Shown in pieces: positions 1 to 10,706 of a stretch of 64,000 bases of DNA. The DNA is from a virus (taxonomy: Duplodnaviria; Caudoviricetes). The stretch spans positions 96,001-160,000 of IMG/VR virus record IMGVR_UViG_3300042291_000844; one strand, written 5' to 3'. The notes under the pieces were generated by a model, which was not told the origin of the DNA, ran no database searches, and worked only from the letters and a program-made list of their open reading frames with translations. The position numbers and the translations under genes were made by a program. How positions within the stretch are numbered: position 1 is the first letter of the stretch; each line of letters opens with the position of its first letter.

Positions 1-72
1 TGTCTTATCTTTAGATTTATCTGCTAATTTAGCAAAATCAGAATTTTTATACAAGTCTAATATACTAGCCAT
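1..72 (-). CDS. 5' part of a hypothetical protein running off the window (MASILDLYKNSDFAKLADKSKDKT...)
   Basis: ATG at 72, open frame to window edge, same orientation as neighbours. Confidence 0.5.
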   Translation of the reverse strand, partial: MASILDLYKNSDFAKLADKSKDKT

Positions 73-83
73 AATTTTCTTTC

Positions 84-284
84 CTATTGGTTAACTATTA
101 TTCTTTTTATAAATCTAAGAGTTTCACCTTTTTCTAATTTAAGCTTTTCTACTATATCAAGTTCAACCGGTAAATGAAAATAAGTAAATCCATCTCCATT
201 TGTATGTTCTAATAAAGCTACTACTGCTTCTTCCGATAAATTTGATTCTACAACTGTTTGGTTTACATCTAATAAATTATACAT
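84..284 (-). CDS. small acidic hypothetical protein, paralog of 299..514
   Basis: Shares LDVN..+ESN+.EE.V..L and RFIKR motifs with adjacent ORF. Confidence 0.7.
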   Translation of the reverse strand: MYNLLDVNQTVVESNLSEEAVVALLEHTNGDGFTYFHLPVELDIVEKLKLEKGETLRFIKRIIVNQ

Positions 285-298
285 AATTTTTCCTTTGT

Positions 299-514
299 TT
301 ATTCGTTTGTGTTTTCTACTCTTTTTATAAATCTAATACTTTCAGAATATTCTGCTGTTTTGAACTCATTTAATTGAGCTACATCACCAGGATAAAAATA
401 ATAATTCAATCCATCTGGAGAGATTTCTCTATTTATTAATTCTGTTACTTTTTCTTCAGTAATATTTGATTCAATGATATTATCATTTACATCAAGAATG
501 CTAATTTGTGCCAT
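299..514 (-). CDS. small acidic hypothetical protein, paralog of 84..284
   Basis: See paralog; preceded by TATTTATA motif at 537-544. Confidence 0.7.
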   Translation of the reverse strand: MAQISILDVNDNIIESNITEEKVTELINREISPDGLNYYFYPGDVAQLNEFKTAEYSESIRFIKRVENTNE

Positions 515-547
515 AGGTTTTTATTTGTTATATGCTTATAAATATCA

Positions 548-1681
548 TTAAGTATCAAAACGGACTAAAAAATTAAGATTATAATCCGGCAAGTTTTTTA
601 TTGGTTTTGGTAATTTAGCAACAACCAATAGATTATCATCGTCATCGTACAATCCAATTGTAGTGATATAAGTGGTTAAATAAGAACCAGTCGGGTCATT
701 TGATACATTTGTATAATAATCCTCCCACGAACCACTAACCGAACCAATAGACCCGCTAAAAAACTCTCTACGTGATATATCTAATACTTCTTTTATTTTT
801 CTAGTTCCTGCTGGGAATGAATTATTCACTCCTGTTATTTCAAAATCATACGAACCACTAATTAATACATTAACAGCAGTTGGATTTTGTGAATAATTAA
901 ATTCTCCGGTATTAGCAGAAATTAAAATTTCGGTTTCATATATTGTTTGAGTTGAACGATAATCTAATGAATATGAATCAAAAAGAATATCATCTGTCAT
1001 AACAATTAACCCATCATCATAAAATACGTTACCATGTACTTGTGTTTTTATATCAGTATTATCAAACGTTAATTTAGCCGTAAAATTAATTTTATTATTT
1101 TGAAAATCAATTGCAATTATAAAATACTCATCTTCATCACTATTATAAATTAATTGACAAGACCCATCATTCAAATCCATTATACCACCTGCTGATGCTG
1201 ATTTTACTTCGATATTATAAACACCAATTCCATCATTAATAGTTAAATACCCAACCCCATTATTATCTAAATCAAGACTAACTAATGTATATGAATTACC
1301 AACTTCTCTAATAATACCATATCCATCATCAAAAAAATCTAATCCACCTGCAGTTAATACAACACTTTCTTTTTTTATTTCTTCCCCAAATCTATTTCTA
1401 TCAATTGGTATTATCTGAAACGTATTAGGAAGTTGTCGTTCATATGCTAACTCTGCTAAATTTTCTGATGTACCAAATGTTGTAAAAGTATTACCATCAT
1501 GTGAATAGTATTTACTTTTCAATGAATTATATAATGCGTGAACTAAATTTGCTTCATCTACAAACAAACCAGTTTTATTTTCTACCTTTATAATAGGATA
1601 TTCACTTTCGCTGGTATTCCAAAGTTTGTATACATTGAACGACCTATTTGAAATATTTGATTTGGGTATTGATTTAAACAT
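548..1681 (-). CDS. putative virion/baseplate protein with tail-collar-like C-terminal domain
   Basis: C-terminal EFNYSQNPT...TYITTIGLYDDDDNLLVVAKL motif shared with 1799..3019; resembles P2 gpH/DUF3751-type collar domains. Confidence 0.55.
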   Translation of the reverse strand: MFKSIPKSNISNRSFNVYKLWNTSESEYPIIKVENKTGLFVDEANLVHALYNSLKSKYYSHDGNTFTTFGTSENLAELAYERQLPNTFQIIPIDRNRFGEEIKKESVVLTAGGLDFFDDGYGIIREVGNSYTLVSLDLDNNGVGYLTINDGIGVYNIEVKSASAGGIMDLNDGSCQLIYNSDEDEYFIIAIDFQNNKINFTAKLTFDNTDIKTQVHGNVFYDDGLIVMTDDILFDSYSLDYRSTQTIYETEILISANTGEFNYSQNPTAVNVLISGSYDFEITGVNNSFPAGTRKIKEVLDISRREFFSGSIGSVSGSWEDYYTNVSNDPTGSYLTTYITTIGLYDDDDNLLVVAKLPKPIKNLPDYNLNFLVRFDT

Positions 1682-1713
1682 AGTGAATTCCTTACCTATA
1701 TAAGTATTTTAAT

Positions 1714-1744
1714 AAACAAAAACCCAACTTTTTAGGGTTGGGTT
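1714..1744 (-). terminator. intrinsic terminator
   Basis: AACCCAAC/GTTGGGTT stem followed by TTTGTTT on minus strand after 1799..3019. Confidence 0.65.
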
Positions 1745-1798
1745 CGTTAAATATGTTATTTGGTTTTTGTTCTACGATACTCCCAAATAATTTTTTAA

Positions 1799-3019
1799 TT
1801 AGAAATCTAATTTAACCGCTATTAAAACTTCCTTATCAAACGATTTTGCAATCGGTTGTGAAGTTTTAGCAACTGCTAACATTTCGTTAGCATCGTTGTA
1901 TAGACCAATTGTTGTAATATATGTTTTTGGGTCTCTTTCAAATGTTGATTCAACAAATGAACCATCAGATGAACCACTTGTAAATGTTGGATTATTTGAG
2001 AAGTTAAATTCTCTATTTGTTGCCCTTACAAAGTAATGAGAGGTTGAAACGTTTTCAGTTCTTCTTGCTTCAAAATCTGCTCCACCCTTAATTGCATTAT
2101 ACAATAAGAAATGATTTTTACCTTCATATGCAACACCACTATAAATTGATTTTCCACCAACTGAACCACTATCTATTGATGTACCTATTTTTGAATGAAT
2201 TGCTGTGGGATTTAATACAATAAGACCCTGGTCTGGATAAAATAATCCAAATCCCCTACCATTTGTATCATATCTACCATCAATACTTGCTTCAGCATCT
2301 TGTCCTAAATTTAAAGAACCGGACACAACATAAAATAATCTACCTGCTTTACCAACAGTATCAGAGAATTTTTTACCACTATCATCAATAAATGTAGTTA
2401 TACCATTTGAACCACTTAGGGATAATTCCCAATTACCGGCATCCATTGTTTCTTTATATCTAGCTCTTGCTACGTTAATAACATAGATATCGCTAGAGTC
2501 ATGTAAACCTTCACCTGATTGGGAATCAAATGTGAAAAATTCGTCCGTTTGGTCTAATAAAATAGAACGATATTGTGCATATGTTGCTTTTGTTGCTAGA
2601 GTTGAATCTCCGTTAGAAAGGTCTAATGAAATTGAACCACTTGCATATTTGTGTCCATATGCTATTGCAAATTGAACATCTGTTGAACCAGATTTATATA
2701 CATCTAAATAATAATTTGAACTTGATGCTGCTGATTGAGTTGAAGATGTTGCATAATAATTTAAACTTCCTACATCACCACTCCAAAGTCCAGTCGTTAC
2801 AACTTCTACTTTACCTGTAATTTGGTCGAATTCGCCAAATCTTTTGTAAATACCAGTTGTAATTGAACCACCTTGTGCAGCTAATTTATCACCACCTGTC
2901 ACATATTGGTTTATAAGATTTGATAATTGCTCGGTAGTTATATTTCCATTACTAGCTTGTAAATACGCTGCTAATTCTGATGTTAAGTTTACTCCTGCTT
3001 GTCCTGTAATTTGTGCCAT
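1799..3019 (-). CDS. putative virion/baseplate protein with tail-collar-like C-terminal domain
   Basis: REFNFSNNPT...TYITTIGLYNDANEMLAVAK motif; G/S/T-rich beta composition. Confidence 0.55.
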   Translation of the reverse strand: MAQITGQAGVNLTSELAAYLQASNGNITTEQLSNLINQYVTGGDKLAAQGGSITTGIYKRFGEFDQITGKVEVVTTGLWSGDVGSLNYYATSSTQSAASSSNYYLDVYKSGSTDVQFAIAYGHKYASGSISLDLSNGDSTLATKATYAQYRSILLDQTDEFFTFDSQSGEGLHDSSDIYVINVARARYKETMDAGNWELSLSGSNGITTFIDDSGKKFSDTVGKAGRLFYVVSGSLNLGQDAEASIDGRYDTNGRGFGLFYPDQGLIVLNPTAIHSKIGTSIDSGSVGGKSIYSGVAYEGKNHFLLYNAIKGGADFEARRTENVSTSHYFVRATNREFNFSNNPTFTSGSSDGSFVESTFERDPKTYITTIGLYNDANEMLAVAKTSQPIAKSFDKEVLIAVKLDF

Positions 3020-3036
3020 ATTATTTTATTCTCCGT

Positions 3037-3660
3037 TTAAGCTATATAAGATACGGTCACAGGAATAGTTTGAGAACCACCTGTTTCGTTACCATATACT
3101 GTTATAGTTGTCTTAATAGTTTGTGTTGTATTTGGGTTAGGAATGAATGAGAACGTTAATCCTCTTTCTACTGCTGCAGTTGTTGTGATTTCATCGCCTA
3201 AGAATACCGGTATTGTACCCGTACCTGCTGCGATACCACTACCAACAATTGAACCTGCATTTTTATTTGCTAATACAATTGTATATCCTGACTGTCCGTT
3301 TCCACTTGGTGAGGTTGTTGGAGTTAAAGATACCTGACCACTTCTTTGGTTTACTGAAATTGAAGGAACACCAAATTCTACTTTAGGAATTTTAGTTGTA
3401 CCCTTTGGTAAAGTTACCAATTTGTATTTTAGAACTTGAGTTTCATCAGGAGATGCTTCAGTTACAGGAATCGCTCTGATTGCTGCATCATAATAAGCAG
3501 AACCCTTTGGGTGTGCTGGTTCATAAAGTGTGTAATCAATCTCATCATCACCTAATGCGAATTTAGTAATGTTAAGACCTTGCCCAGATGCTAATTTTTC
3601 TCTACCTTTCTTAGTAAGAATCGCATCAACTGTGATTTCGGAATTATCTAAGTATGCCAT
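3037..3660 (-). CDS. putative baseplate/tail-collar protein
   Basis: N-terminal AILTKKGREKLA...LNITKFALGD resembles the DUF3751/gpH N-terminus. Confidence 0.6.
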   Translation of the reverse strand: MAYLDNSEITVDAILTKKGREKLASGQGLNITKFALGDDEIDYTLYEPAHPKGSAYYDAAIRAIPVTEASPDETQVLKYKLVTLPKGTTKIPKVEFGVPSISVNQRSGQVSLTPTTSPSGNGQSGYTIVLANKNAGSIVGSGIAAGTGTIPVFLGDEITTTAAVERGLTFSFIPNPNTTQTIKTTITVYGNETGGSQTIPVTVSYIA

Positions 3661-3718
3661 AATTTTTGTATTTTCTTTTTTACTTTCGTATATAAATATA
3701 AGTATTTAATAATTTTCA

Positions 3719-6700
3719 TTAATCAACTACTAAAATTGGTTCTCCACTTCCTCTTCCTGTATCTGAAACTTTTAGTATATTCGGGTTAGTTGTGAATGTT
3801 TGAACCGGTGAACCACCTAAAATATTAGTTGTAGAGGTTTGTTTAGACCCATTAAAATAACTATTTTGTAATCCGGTTGATAAATCACCAGTATTTCTAT
3901 AATGGGTTGAGAAATAACCATTTAACGGAGTTACCTCTACAATATTACCACCAACTGTTGGAGTTGCACCATCCCAATCTAATATAGTAACTTTTGTTCT
4001 ATAAAAAGTAGTCGAAATTAATTCTGTTCCTAAACTTTTATCTAAAGCGTTTATGTTTTCAGGTATTTTTTTTGTATAACTTTCTTTTATTAAAAATACT
4101 TTATTTCTTTCTTTTATAAAATTACCCCAAACATCTCTATACGTTCTAATTACATTCCCATTAGAACCAAACAATCCAAATCCTGCAACCGATAAAGAAT
4201 TTTTATCTAATCCAACTTGAGTAAACTCAGTTTGGTCGTATTCACCTCGTATTGAACCTGTTATTGTAGCATCTATTGGTGCAAAAATACCACCCATTGT
4301 TTTGGTTGAATCAGTTGTAATTATTCCAAACACATTTGTAGTACTAAATGTATCTACTTCTCCATTATAAGAATTATTTGTTGCAACTAAATTTAAATCC
4401 CCTTGTGTTTGAATTTCAACGGAATATTGTGGGTTTGTTACATTTAAATCAATTGCGTTAGATGTAGAAATAAACGCATTTATATTTTGGTATGATGCAA
4501 ATTGATTTGTAGTTTCATTTGTATCAATAGTGACTTGATGTTGAATATTTACAGCAGTTGGTCTATTCCATTTAACTTTACTTCTTTCTAAAATATGTGG
4601 TTCAATTAATAAACCAGATGAAACCTTTGCCCTTGCAGGAACTAATGATTCTAATGTTTCAAAAAGTGATTTATCAATATATCTTACTAATTGAATATAT
4701 TCATGTGTATTTAAATCATATCTTTGGAAATAATAATTTCTTAAAGTAGTTAAATCTGAGTATGAATCGTTATATTCATCTGCAGGATTACCAATATAAT
4801 CATCTATATTAAATTCACCTAAAGAACGTAGAATATCCATATTCACTTCTTTCATAGGTGAGAAAAATAATCCCAATCTATCCGTATCTATTGGTGCTTG
4901 GTCATATGATTTTTTAGTTACTCTACTTTTATAGTTTAAATCGCCTGATAGGGTTTGTGTTTCAAAACGAAATTTATTTCCTACCGTCAATCCACTTGAA
5001 GGAACTTTTGCTGTTACAGTTCTTTCATATGGAATGTAATTATATGGATATGTCGTATTTGCAGTAAAATTAGAAGCAGTTGCAAAATTTGAGTACCCAT
5101 TATTGATAGAAACGTTTTTAATAGAACCAGATGGTACTGATGTAGAACCGGTAGTACTGATTGGATATTCAAAATCTAAACGGAATAATAAATCAACCGT
5201 CGATGCAGAAATATGTGAACCATCAATTGCATCAGGTAATAAAGTATGGTTATCAATACGAGATTCTGGTAATGGAGTTCTCCACAAACGGAATTCATCT
5301 AAAGCACCAGTTAATCCCTCACCGACATATAGTATAGAACCACTTTTCCAAGTAGTTGAACCAATTGGTAATGGGTCTGAAATTTTAATTACTTCATTTC
5401 GGATTCTTCCTTGAAATCCTTCTTTTAAATATAATTCAAACACTTCAGTAGTAGAACCAGTTCTTCTATTTAAAACAATATTTGTATATGCATCATTGTA
5501 GAATGGCATATAATCAGTAGATACTGATTGGGTTGAATTACTACCTGTAAATTTGAATTCTAATTTAGCAAGAGAACCCGTTCCTGGTACTAAATCTAAT
5601 TTCCATTTATCAGTTCTTAATAAACTTTGAGTAATACTACTTTGCAAAGTATTAATACTAAATTCAATTGCGTTAGGGAAATCAGTACCATTGGTATCGG
5701 AGTAATCTTTAAACGGAATTTGTAAGAATGAACCAGTTCCAAATTGTAAAGCACAGGTTCTATCATCAAACGTAAACGTTGTAGTTGCATCAGATGATGG
5801 GTCATTTGGCCCACCATATTCCATTATTGTTAACATGGATGATGGGACACCATAACAAGCCATTGCTGCACTTAATGCCCTTTTTGTACCCTTATGTTTT
5901 AATAGATATGGTAAGTTATTTAGTATTCGTCTCCATACTTGATGTTGACGAGATTTTCCACTCATTGATGATGAAGAAGACCCATCTGAATTCTTACCAA
6001 ATGCGTATTCCCATAGGTATTGTGATTGAACTCCCATATCGGCGTTCCAACCTAATGATTCTAACATATGATATATTAAATCATTACCAATACCATCTTC
6101 GTATTTGTGTTCTAATTTTTTAGATTGTGCAATTCCTTTTGTATATGACCATAGGGTATCAAAGTGTTGACCCATCATATTTAAAAATAAAACAAACTCA
6201 GCATTTTCAGCATCATTTGTAATATGTGCAGGAATATTATTTACTAATATATTTTTATTGTTGTAATCATATTGTTGTGCATCATCAATAATTCCACCAT
6301 ACCAATCAGTAACTTGTGAACTTGTTGGATTGTAATATGAATATGATGATGAATTAAAAAATGGATATGTTAACCCATTTGATGATGATGTAAATAAATA
6401 TTTTTCAAATCCATCAAATCCGGCTTTAACTTTATTTTTACTTTGAACGTGTTTTTGTAATTCTAACGATGATGTTACTGAACCAGATGCATATGATAAA
6501 CTACTTGATACAAAATTTATTTTATTATTATAAAATTCAATTAATTCAACTTTATATAAAAAGTTTTTAACTCTTTCTTCTGCTGATGAGTATTTTACAA
6601 AGTTAGACCACGCATAAGTTGAACCACTTTCATATTGAATATTTAAATTCTCTAATGAAAATTCACTTGAACTTACATATGAGTTAATTAAATCAGTAGA

Positions 6701-8830
6701 GGTATTAGAACCACTAGAAATTAAATCATCTAATATTTGATATCCAATTTCATCACCAATTGTTACATTAAAATTTGGTTTTAATGGAGTACACTCACTT
6801 TTTAATTCATCAATAATAGTAACTTGTTCTATTATAGGAATTGATTGAATTTTAGATATCCATAATTGTTGGTTAGGTTGTATCTCACGAGGAAGTGGTT
6901 CGTATAACTTTAAAACTAATGATTTTTGTTCTTTAGTTTTTGTACGATTACCAGTTTCTGCATCGGTTTTATATTCAGAAAAAGTTTCAGTATCAACTCC
7001 CCAAGTTGCAATTAATTTATTATCACCATCACCTAAGTGTAAATAGTGAGTTAAAAATTTAGAAATTTCTTCTTCTAATATTTTTTGGTCTAAGTTAATT
7101 TCAAACGCACTTCTAATATCGGCAATTACACTACCTCTTCGTAATTTTAAATCTCCTTTATCAAATAAAATGGAAATTCTTTCAATCTTACCTTCGGTTA
7201 ATTCATCACCTTCTGCATTAAACGGAACTAATAAAATTTCAAATTGAACCTTATCAGTATCTTCATTAAATTGATTTTGTGCTTTTCTTAAAACCTCTTC
7301 TACATTTAATGTAATTAAACCGGAAGGTGATAGTTTACCAAGTGCATATTGTTTATCATACTTTGAGACATACATCTCAATGTAGTTTGTATTAATTGAT
7401 TGCCAACTAATATCAAAATCAACATTAAATCCTTTAAAATCCGCACCTTTAATATTCTGCGGATAATTAATATGTGTAATATCTGGCCCTGGTAAATAGT
7501 ATTTATTAACTACATTAATTGTAATCTTTGTAGTTTGACCACTACCTGCTCTATCCGAACGAGGTTGTAAATAAACTACATAGTTACCAACTCCATTATA
7601 AAAATCATTTTTAGATAAAACAATCGAACCATTTGGGGATAGTGTACGTTGGGTAGAACCTAATGAATAGATAATCTCCGATGCGTTAACACTATTATAT
7701 GGTATGTTTAAATTATTATCACCTGCTATATTAAATTCAAAGGATATACCTTCAGTTCGTAATGTAGGTGCATCTGCAACGGGTATATTATCATTTGATT
7801 TTTTAGATACCGAAACATTAACTATTACATTATCAATTCCTGGTTCTAATTTAAAATCTAATCTATCATACTTAACACTATTTCCCCTTGTAATTACTTC
7901 ATATACAACTGCATGAGTTTGAGATGATAATCCATTTGAAGTAAATTGAATATAATTACCACCACTTAAATCAAACTCATTTCTACCAGATGTAACATTT
8001 CCAGTTACACCATTTGATGCACGATATGATATTAAATCATTTTGATAAACATCACCATTTATTTGTATCCTTGCAACCGCTTCGGGAAGTGGGTCAATTG
8101 GTACTGGAAATGTTTTTAAATCAAATTTTAATGTAGTACTTAATACAGCATCAGTTTCAGTACTTGCTTCTAATATATTTTGTTGAATAAAATTACCATC
8201 AATTAATTTTTCAACTATCAATTGATAATAAGTAAAGTATACTAAACTTTCATATACCTTTGGTCTTTCTTCCCTTTTTCTAATTACTGCGTTTGGATTT
8301 TGTGGGTCTGATTCGAATGTATAACCAACCACATCATCAAATGGAATTTCTACCGGGATTTGTTTTCTATTTTCTTTTTTTAAAGTATAAACTTTATAAA
8401 CATCTGAAGATTCTACTCCTGATTTTTGAAGTGTTATCTGTTTAGGAGTAAGTAACTCTTTTTGATTAAAGGTTAATTCAGTAGGGGTTGATTTTACATT
8501 TTGTATTACACCATCTACCAATACTATTCCATCTTGTGGATTAGATTGTATTCCTATTTCAACTACTAAATTTTGTGTATTGTATACGTTAGTTGGTGCA
8601 TAGGTACATGAACCATCATTATATGTAGCAGATGCATCATAATTACTAGCACGCGGGTCAGTACAACCAAATCTTGGTGAGATTGGATTTCCTCCACCAC
8701 CACCGGAAATATCACCACCTCCTCCACCTCCACCAAAGTTGTCATTCATTGCACCCAATGAACCACCATCTGGATTCATATTCCCTGAGGTATCGTATAG
8801 TAATAATTCTTTATTTGCCGGTGCTGCCAT
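3719..8830 (-). CDS. large baseplate wedge-like structural protein (1703 aa) with P2 gpI-like segment and LamG-like domain
   Basis: LPYLLKHKGTKRAL (gpI/gp7-like); GALDEFRLW (LamG-like); one GCTDP..A.NY..A...DGSC repeat; structural context. Confidence 0.6.
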   Translation of the reverse strand: MAAPANKELLLYDTSGNMNPDGGSLGAMNDNFGGGGGGGDISGGGGGNPISPRFGCTDPRASNYDASATYNDGSCTYAPTNVYNTQNLVVEIGIQSNPQDGIVLVDGVIQNVKSTPTELTFNQKELLTPKQITLQKSGVESSDVYKVYTLKKENRKQIPVEIPFDDVVGYTFESDPQNPNAVIRKREERPKVYESLVYFTYYQLIVEKLIDGNFIQQNILEASTETDAVLSTTLKFDLKTFPVPIDPLPEAVARIQINGDVYQNDLISYRASNGVTGNVTSGRNEFDLSGGNYIQFTSNGLSSQTHAVVYEVITRGNSVKYDRLDFKLEPGIDNVIVNVSVSKKSNDNIPVADAPTLRTEGISFEFNIAGDNNLNIPYNSVNASEIIYSLGSTQRTLSPNGSIVLSKNDFYNGVGNYVVYLQPRSDRAGSGQTTKITINVVNKYYLPGPDITHINYPQNIKGADFKGFNVDFDISWQSINTNYIEMYVSKYDKQYALGKLSPSGLITLNVEEVLRKAQNQFNEDTDKVQFEILLVPFNAEGDELTEGKIERISILFDKGDLKLRRGSVIADIRSAFEINLDQKILEEEISKFLTHYLHLGDGDNKLIATWGVDTETFSEYKTDAETGNRTKTKEQKSLVLKLYEPLPREIQPNQQLWISKIQSIPIIEQVTIIDELKSECTPLKPNFNVTIGDEIGYQILDDLISSGSNTSTDLINSYVSSSEFSLENLNIQYESGSTYAWSNFVKYSSAEERVKNFLYKVELIEFYNNKINFVSSSLSYASGSVTSSLELQKHVQSKNKVKAGFDGFEKYLFTSSSNGLTYPFFNSSSYSYYNPTSSQVTDWYGGIIDDAQQYDYNNKNILVNNIPAHITNDAENAEFVLFLNMMGQHFDTLWSYTKGIAQSKKLEHKYEDGIGNDLIYHMLESLGWNADMGVQSQYLWEYAFGKNSDGSSSSSMSGKSRQHQVWRRILNNLPYLLKHKGTKRALSAAMACYGVPSSMLTIMEYGGPNDPSSDATTTFTFDDRTCALQFGTGSFLQIPFKDYSDTNGTDFPNAIEFSINTLQSSITQSLLRTDKWKLDLVPGTGSLAKLEFKFTGSNSTQSVSTDYMPFYNDAYTNIVLNRRTGSTTEVFELYLKEGFQGRIRNEVIKISDPLPIGSTTWKSGSILYVGEGLTGALDEFRLWRTPLPESRIDNHTLLPDAIDGSHISASTVDLLFRLDFEYPISTTGSTSVPSGSIKNVSINNGYSNFATASNFTANTTYPYNYIPYERTVTAKVPSSGLTVGNKFRFETQTLSGDLNYKSRVTKKSYDQAPIDTDRLGLFFSPMKEVNMDILRSLGEFNIDDYIGNPADEYNDSYSDLTTLRNYYFQRYDLNTHEYIQLVRYIDKSLFETLESLVPARAKVSSGLLIEPHILERSKVKWNRPTAVNIQHQVTIDTNETTNQFASYQNINAFISTSNAIDLNVTNPQYSVEIQTQGDLNLVATNNSYNGEVDTFSTTNVFGIITTDSTKTMGGIFAPIDATITGSIRGEYDQTEFTQVGLDKNSLSVAGFGLFGSNGNVIRTYRDVWGNFIKERNKVFLIKESYTKKIPENINALDKSLGTELISTTFYRTKVTILDWDGATPTVGGNIVEVTPLNGYFSTHYRNTGDLSTGLQNSYFNGSKQTSTTNILGGSPVQTFTTNPNILKVSDTGRGSGEPILVVD

Positions 8831-8873
8831 TTATTATAATCCTTGTTTGTATAAATATGATTTTATCTATTAC

Positions 8874-10706
8874 TTATGTAAAATTTTGTAATGATTGAGT
8901 ATCGAACTGTCCTCCACCGCCGCCACCACCGAAACTACCATCATATCCTGCTCCACCACCGAATGTATTTCCACCACCGCCGCCACCGCCTGATATAGGA
9001 GTGCTTGGAGTAGTAGGTGTAGTTACCCCACCGCATGAACCTATAAATGTAACTCGTATATTCGGTCCTTCAGATATAGTATTTTCAACTGCACATATTT
9101 CTACTGATTGGCCGGGTAGTAATGAATGTATTGTTGCTGGTGCGCCTGATGAATCTTTATAAAATATAGGAACAGATGTTCCATTATTATAATTATATCC
9201 ATTATTATTATAGTATTGGTATCCATTATAGCCAGTTCCACCATACGAATCATATCCATTATATCCATATGGATTATAGGTATAATATGAATCATTTAAA
9301 ACCCTATATAATCCCGTTGTTAACACTTCTCTAATTTTTGGTACTTCTCTTACATCTCCACTAAATGAATCTATTATTTGATATGTAATTGTCAATGATT
9401 CATATTCTCTACCAAATACATTAGTTTGTTTATTACCATCGGCATCAGTAAATAGGATTCCACCTTCAGATGACCAAACATAGAATGTTTTTGTAAATGT
9501 TTTTGGTTTAGAAACATCTGCATAGGTACATGAACCATCATCCATAACTGCAAATTTATTATAATTTAAAGCGGATGAATCCATACAACCTTTAATCTTT
9601 TCAATTGGAGTTGCATCTGGTATTGGATTGTATTGGCATGAACCATCTGATTCAGTTGCCAATGGATTATAGTTCTTAGCGTTTCTATCAGTACACCCTC
9701 TAACTACTCCTTGTTTATTACCTATACCATTAGTCTCATTTGTATTAGAACTAATTATTGATTTTAAAATCTCTTTAGTAGCATCTAATGTAATTTGTTC
9801 TTCTTTTGTTAATATATTATCTTCTTGTATATCTTGTTTAGGTAAATAAAAACTTATAATTTGAATAAGTGAACTAATTATAAATTCTTTTATTTTAACT
9901 ATTGATAATTCTATTGGTTTTGCACTAGGAAGTGGTTTACCATAGTTAAGAGAAGTTATATTAGTATCTCTATTACCAATAAAATGTTTGGTAGTTTCAA
10001 TTAATTTTTCTCTGATTGTATTTATAAAATTTTCCCAATTTTGAATTTTAAATTCGGTTTGAATTAATTTTCTATATTGTTCTCCTTCTGCAATCGTTCC
10101 CTTTTGCATTAAGAATGATTTCAGAATATTTTCTACTTTTAATGATTGTATAAATGGTTCTACAAAATAAATTGTATCATCTTTAAATTGCCCATCTTTT
10201 AATAAAATATTTAATCTGATATCTAAATCTTCAATTGTATTTTCATTAACATCTTTTAATGGTAAAACTCTGATTTCAGTACGAGATGGTGAAATTTCAT
10301 GTATCCATAATTTATCCTTATCAACTGTTTCAGAACCAACTCTCCTATTTAATAGAGTTGTCTGAGTTTTAAATATACCATTAGAATATCCAGAATCTCT
10401 TACTAATTTTTCAGTATCAATAATATATTCTCTGGCACCATTTGTTTTTACATTAGATTTATTTTCACTAAAAATAAAATATTTTGTAATATTTACATCA
10501 TCTAAAAAAATGTATCTAACCAAATCTCCGTGCTCACCTTGTGGCAATAAATTATCACTAGAATCATACAATATAAATTCAATAGTATCGGCATCACCTA
10601 ACCCAAAGTAAGATTTGGCAACTTCTTTTTCAAAAATTGCTCTATCTTTACTATCAACTTTGTAGCCTTTTTTATCTACTATTTCTTTGAATTGATTTAT
10701 TGCCAT
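8874..10706 (-). CDS. putative virion protein with two GC(T/M)D..A.NY...A..DGSC repeats and Gly-rich tail
   Basis: GCTDRNAKNYNPLATESDGSCQY and GCMDSSALNYNKFAVMDDGSCTY. Confidence 0.55.
   Translation of the reverse strand: MAINQFKEIVDKKGYKVDSKDRAIFEKEVAKSYFGLGDADTIEFILYDSSDNLLPQGEHGDLVRYIFLDDVNITKYFIFSENKSNVKTNGAREYIIDTEKLVRDSGYSNGIFKTQTTLLNRRVGSETVDKDKLWIHEISPSRTEIRVLPLKDVNENTIEDLDIRLNILLKDGQFKDDTIYFVEPFIQSLKVENILKSFLMQKGTIAEGEQYRKLIQTEFKIQNWENFINTIREKLIETTKHFIGNRDTNITSLNYGKPLPSAKPIELSIVKIKEFIISSLIQIISFYLPKQDIQEDNILTKEEQITLDATKEILKSIISSNTNETNGIGNKQGVVRGCTDRNAKNYNPLATESDGSCQYNPIPDATPIEKIKGCMDSSALNYNKFAVMDDGSCTYADVSKPKTFTKTFYVWSSEGGILFTDADGNKQTNVFGREYESLTITYQIIDSFSGDVREVPKIREVLTTGLYRVLNDSYYTYNPYGYNGYDSYGGTGYNGYQYYNNNGYNYNNGTSVPIFYKDSSGAPATIHSLLPGQSVEICAVENTISEGPNIRVTFIGSCGGVTTPTTPSTPISGGGGGGGNTFGGGAGYDGSFGGGGGGGQFDTQSLQNFT

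Noticed and set aside
8690-9000. CCA/CCG triplet runs as a functional DNA repeat
   Set aside because: They encode poly-Gly linkers in two proteins
5617-9295. Nested minus-strand ORFs 5617..5817 and 9101..9295
   Set aside because: Alternative frames inside large structural genes; low-complexity products
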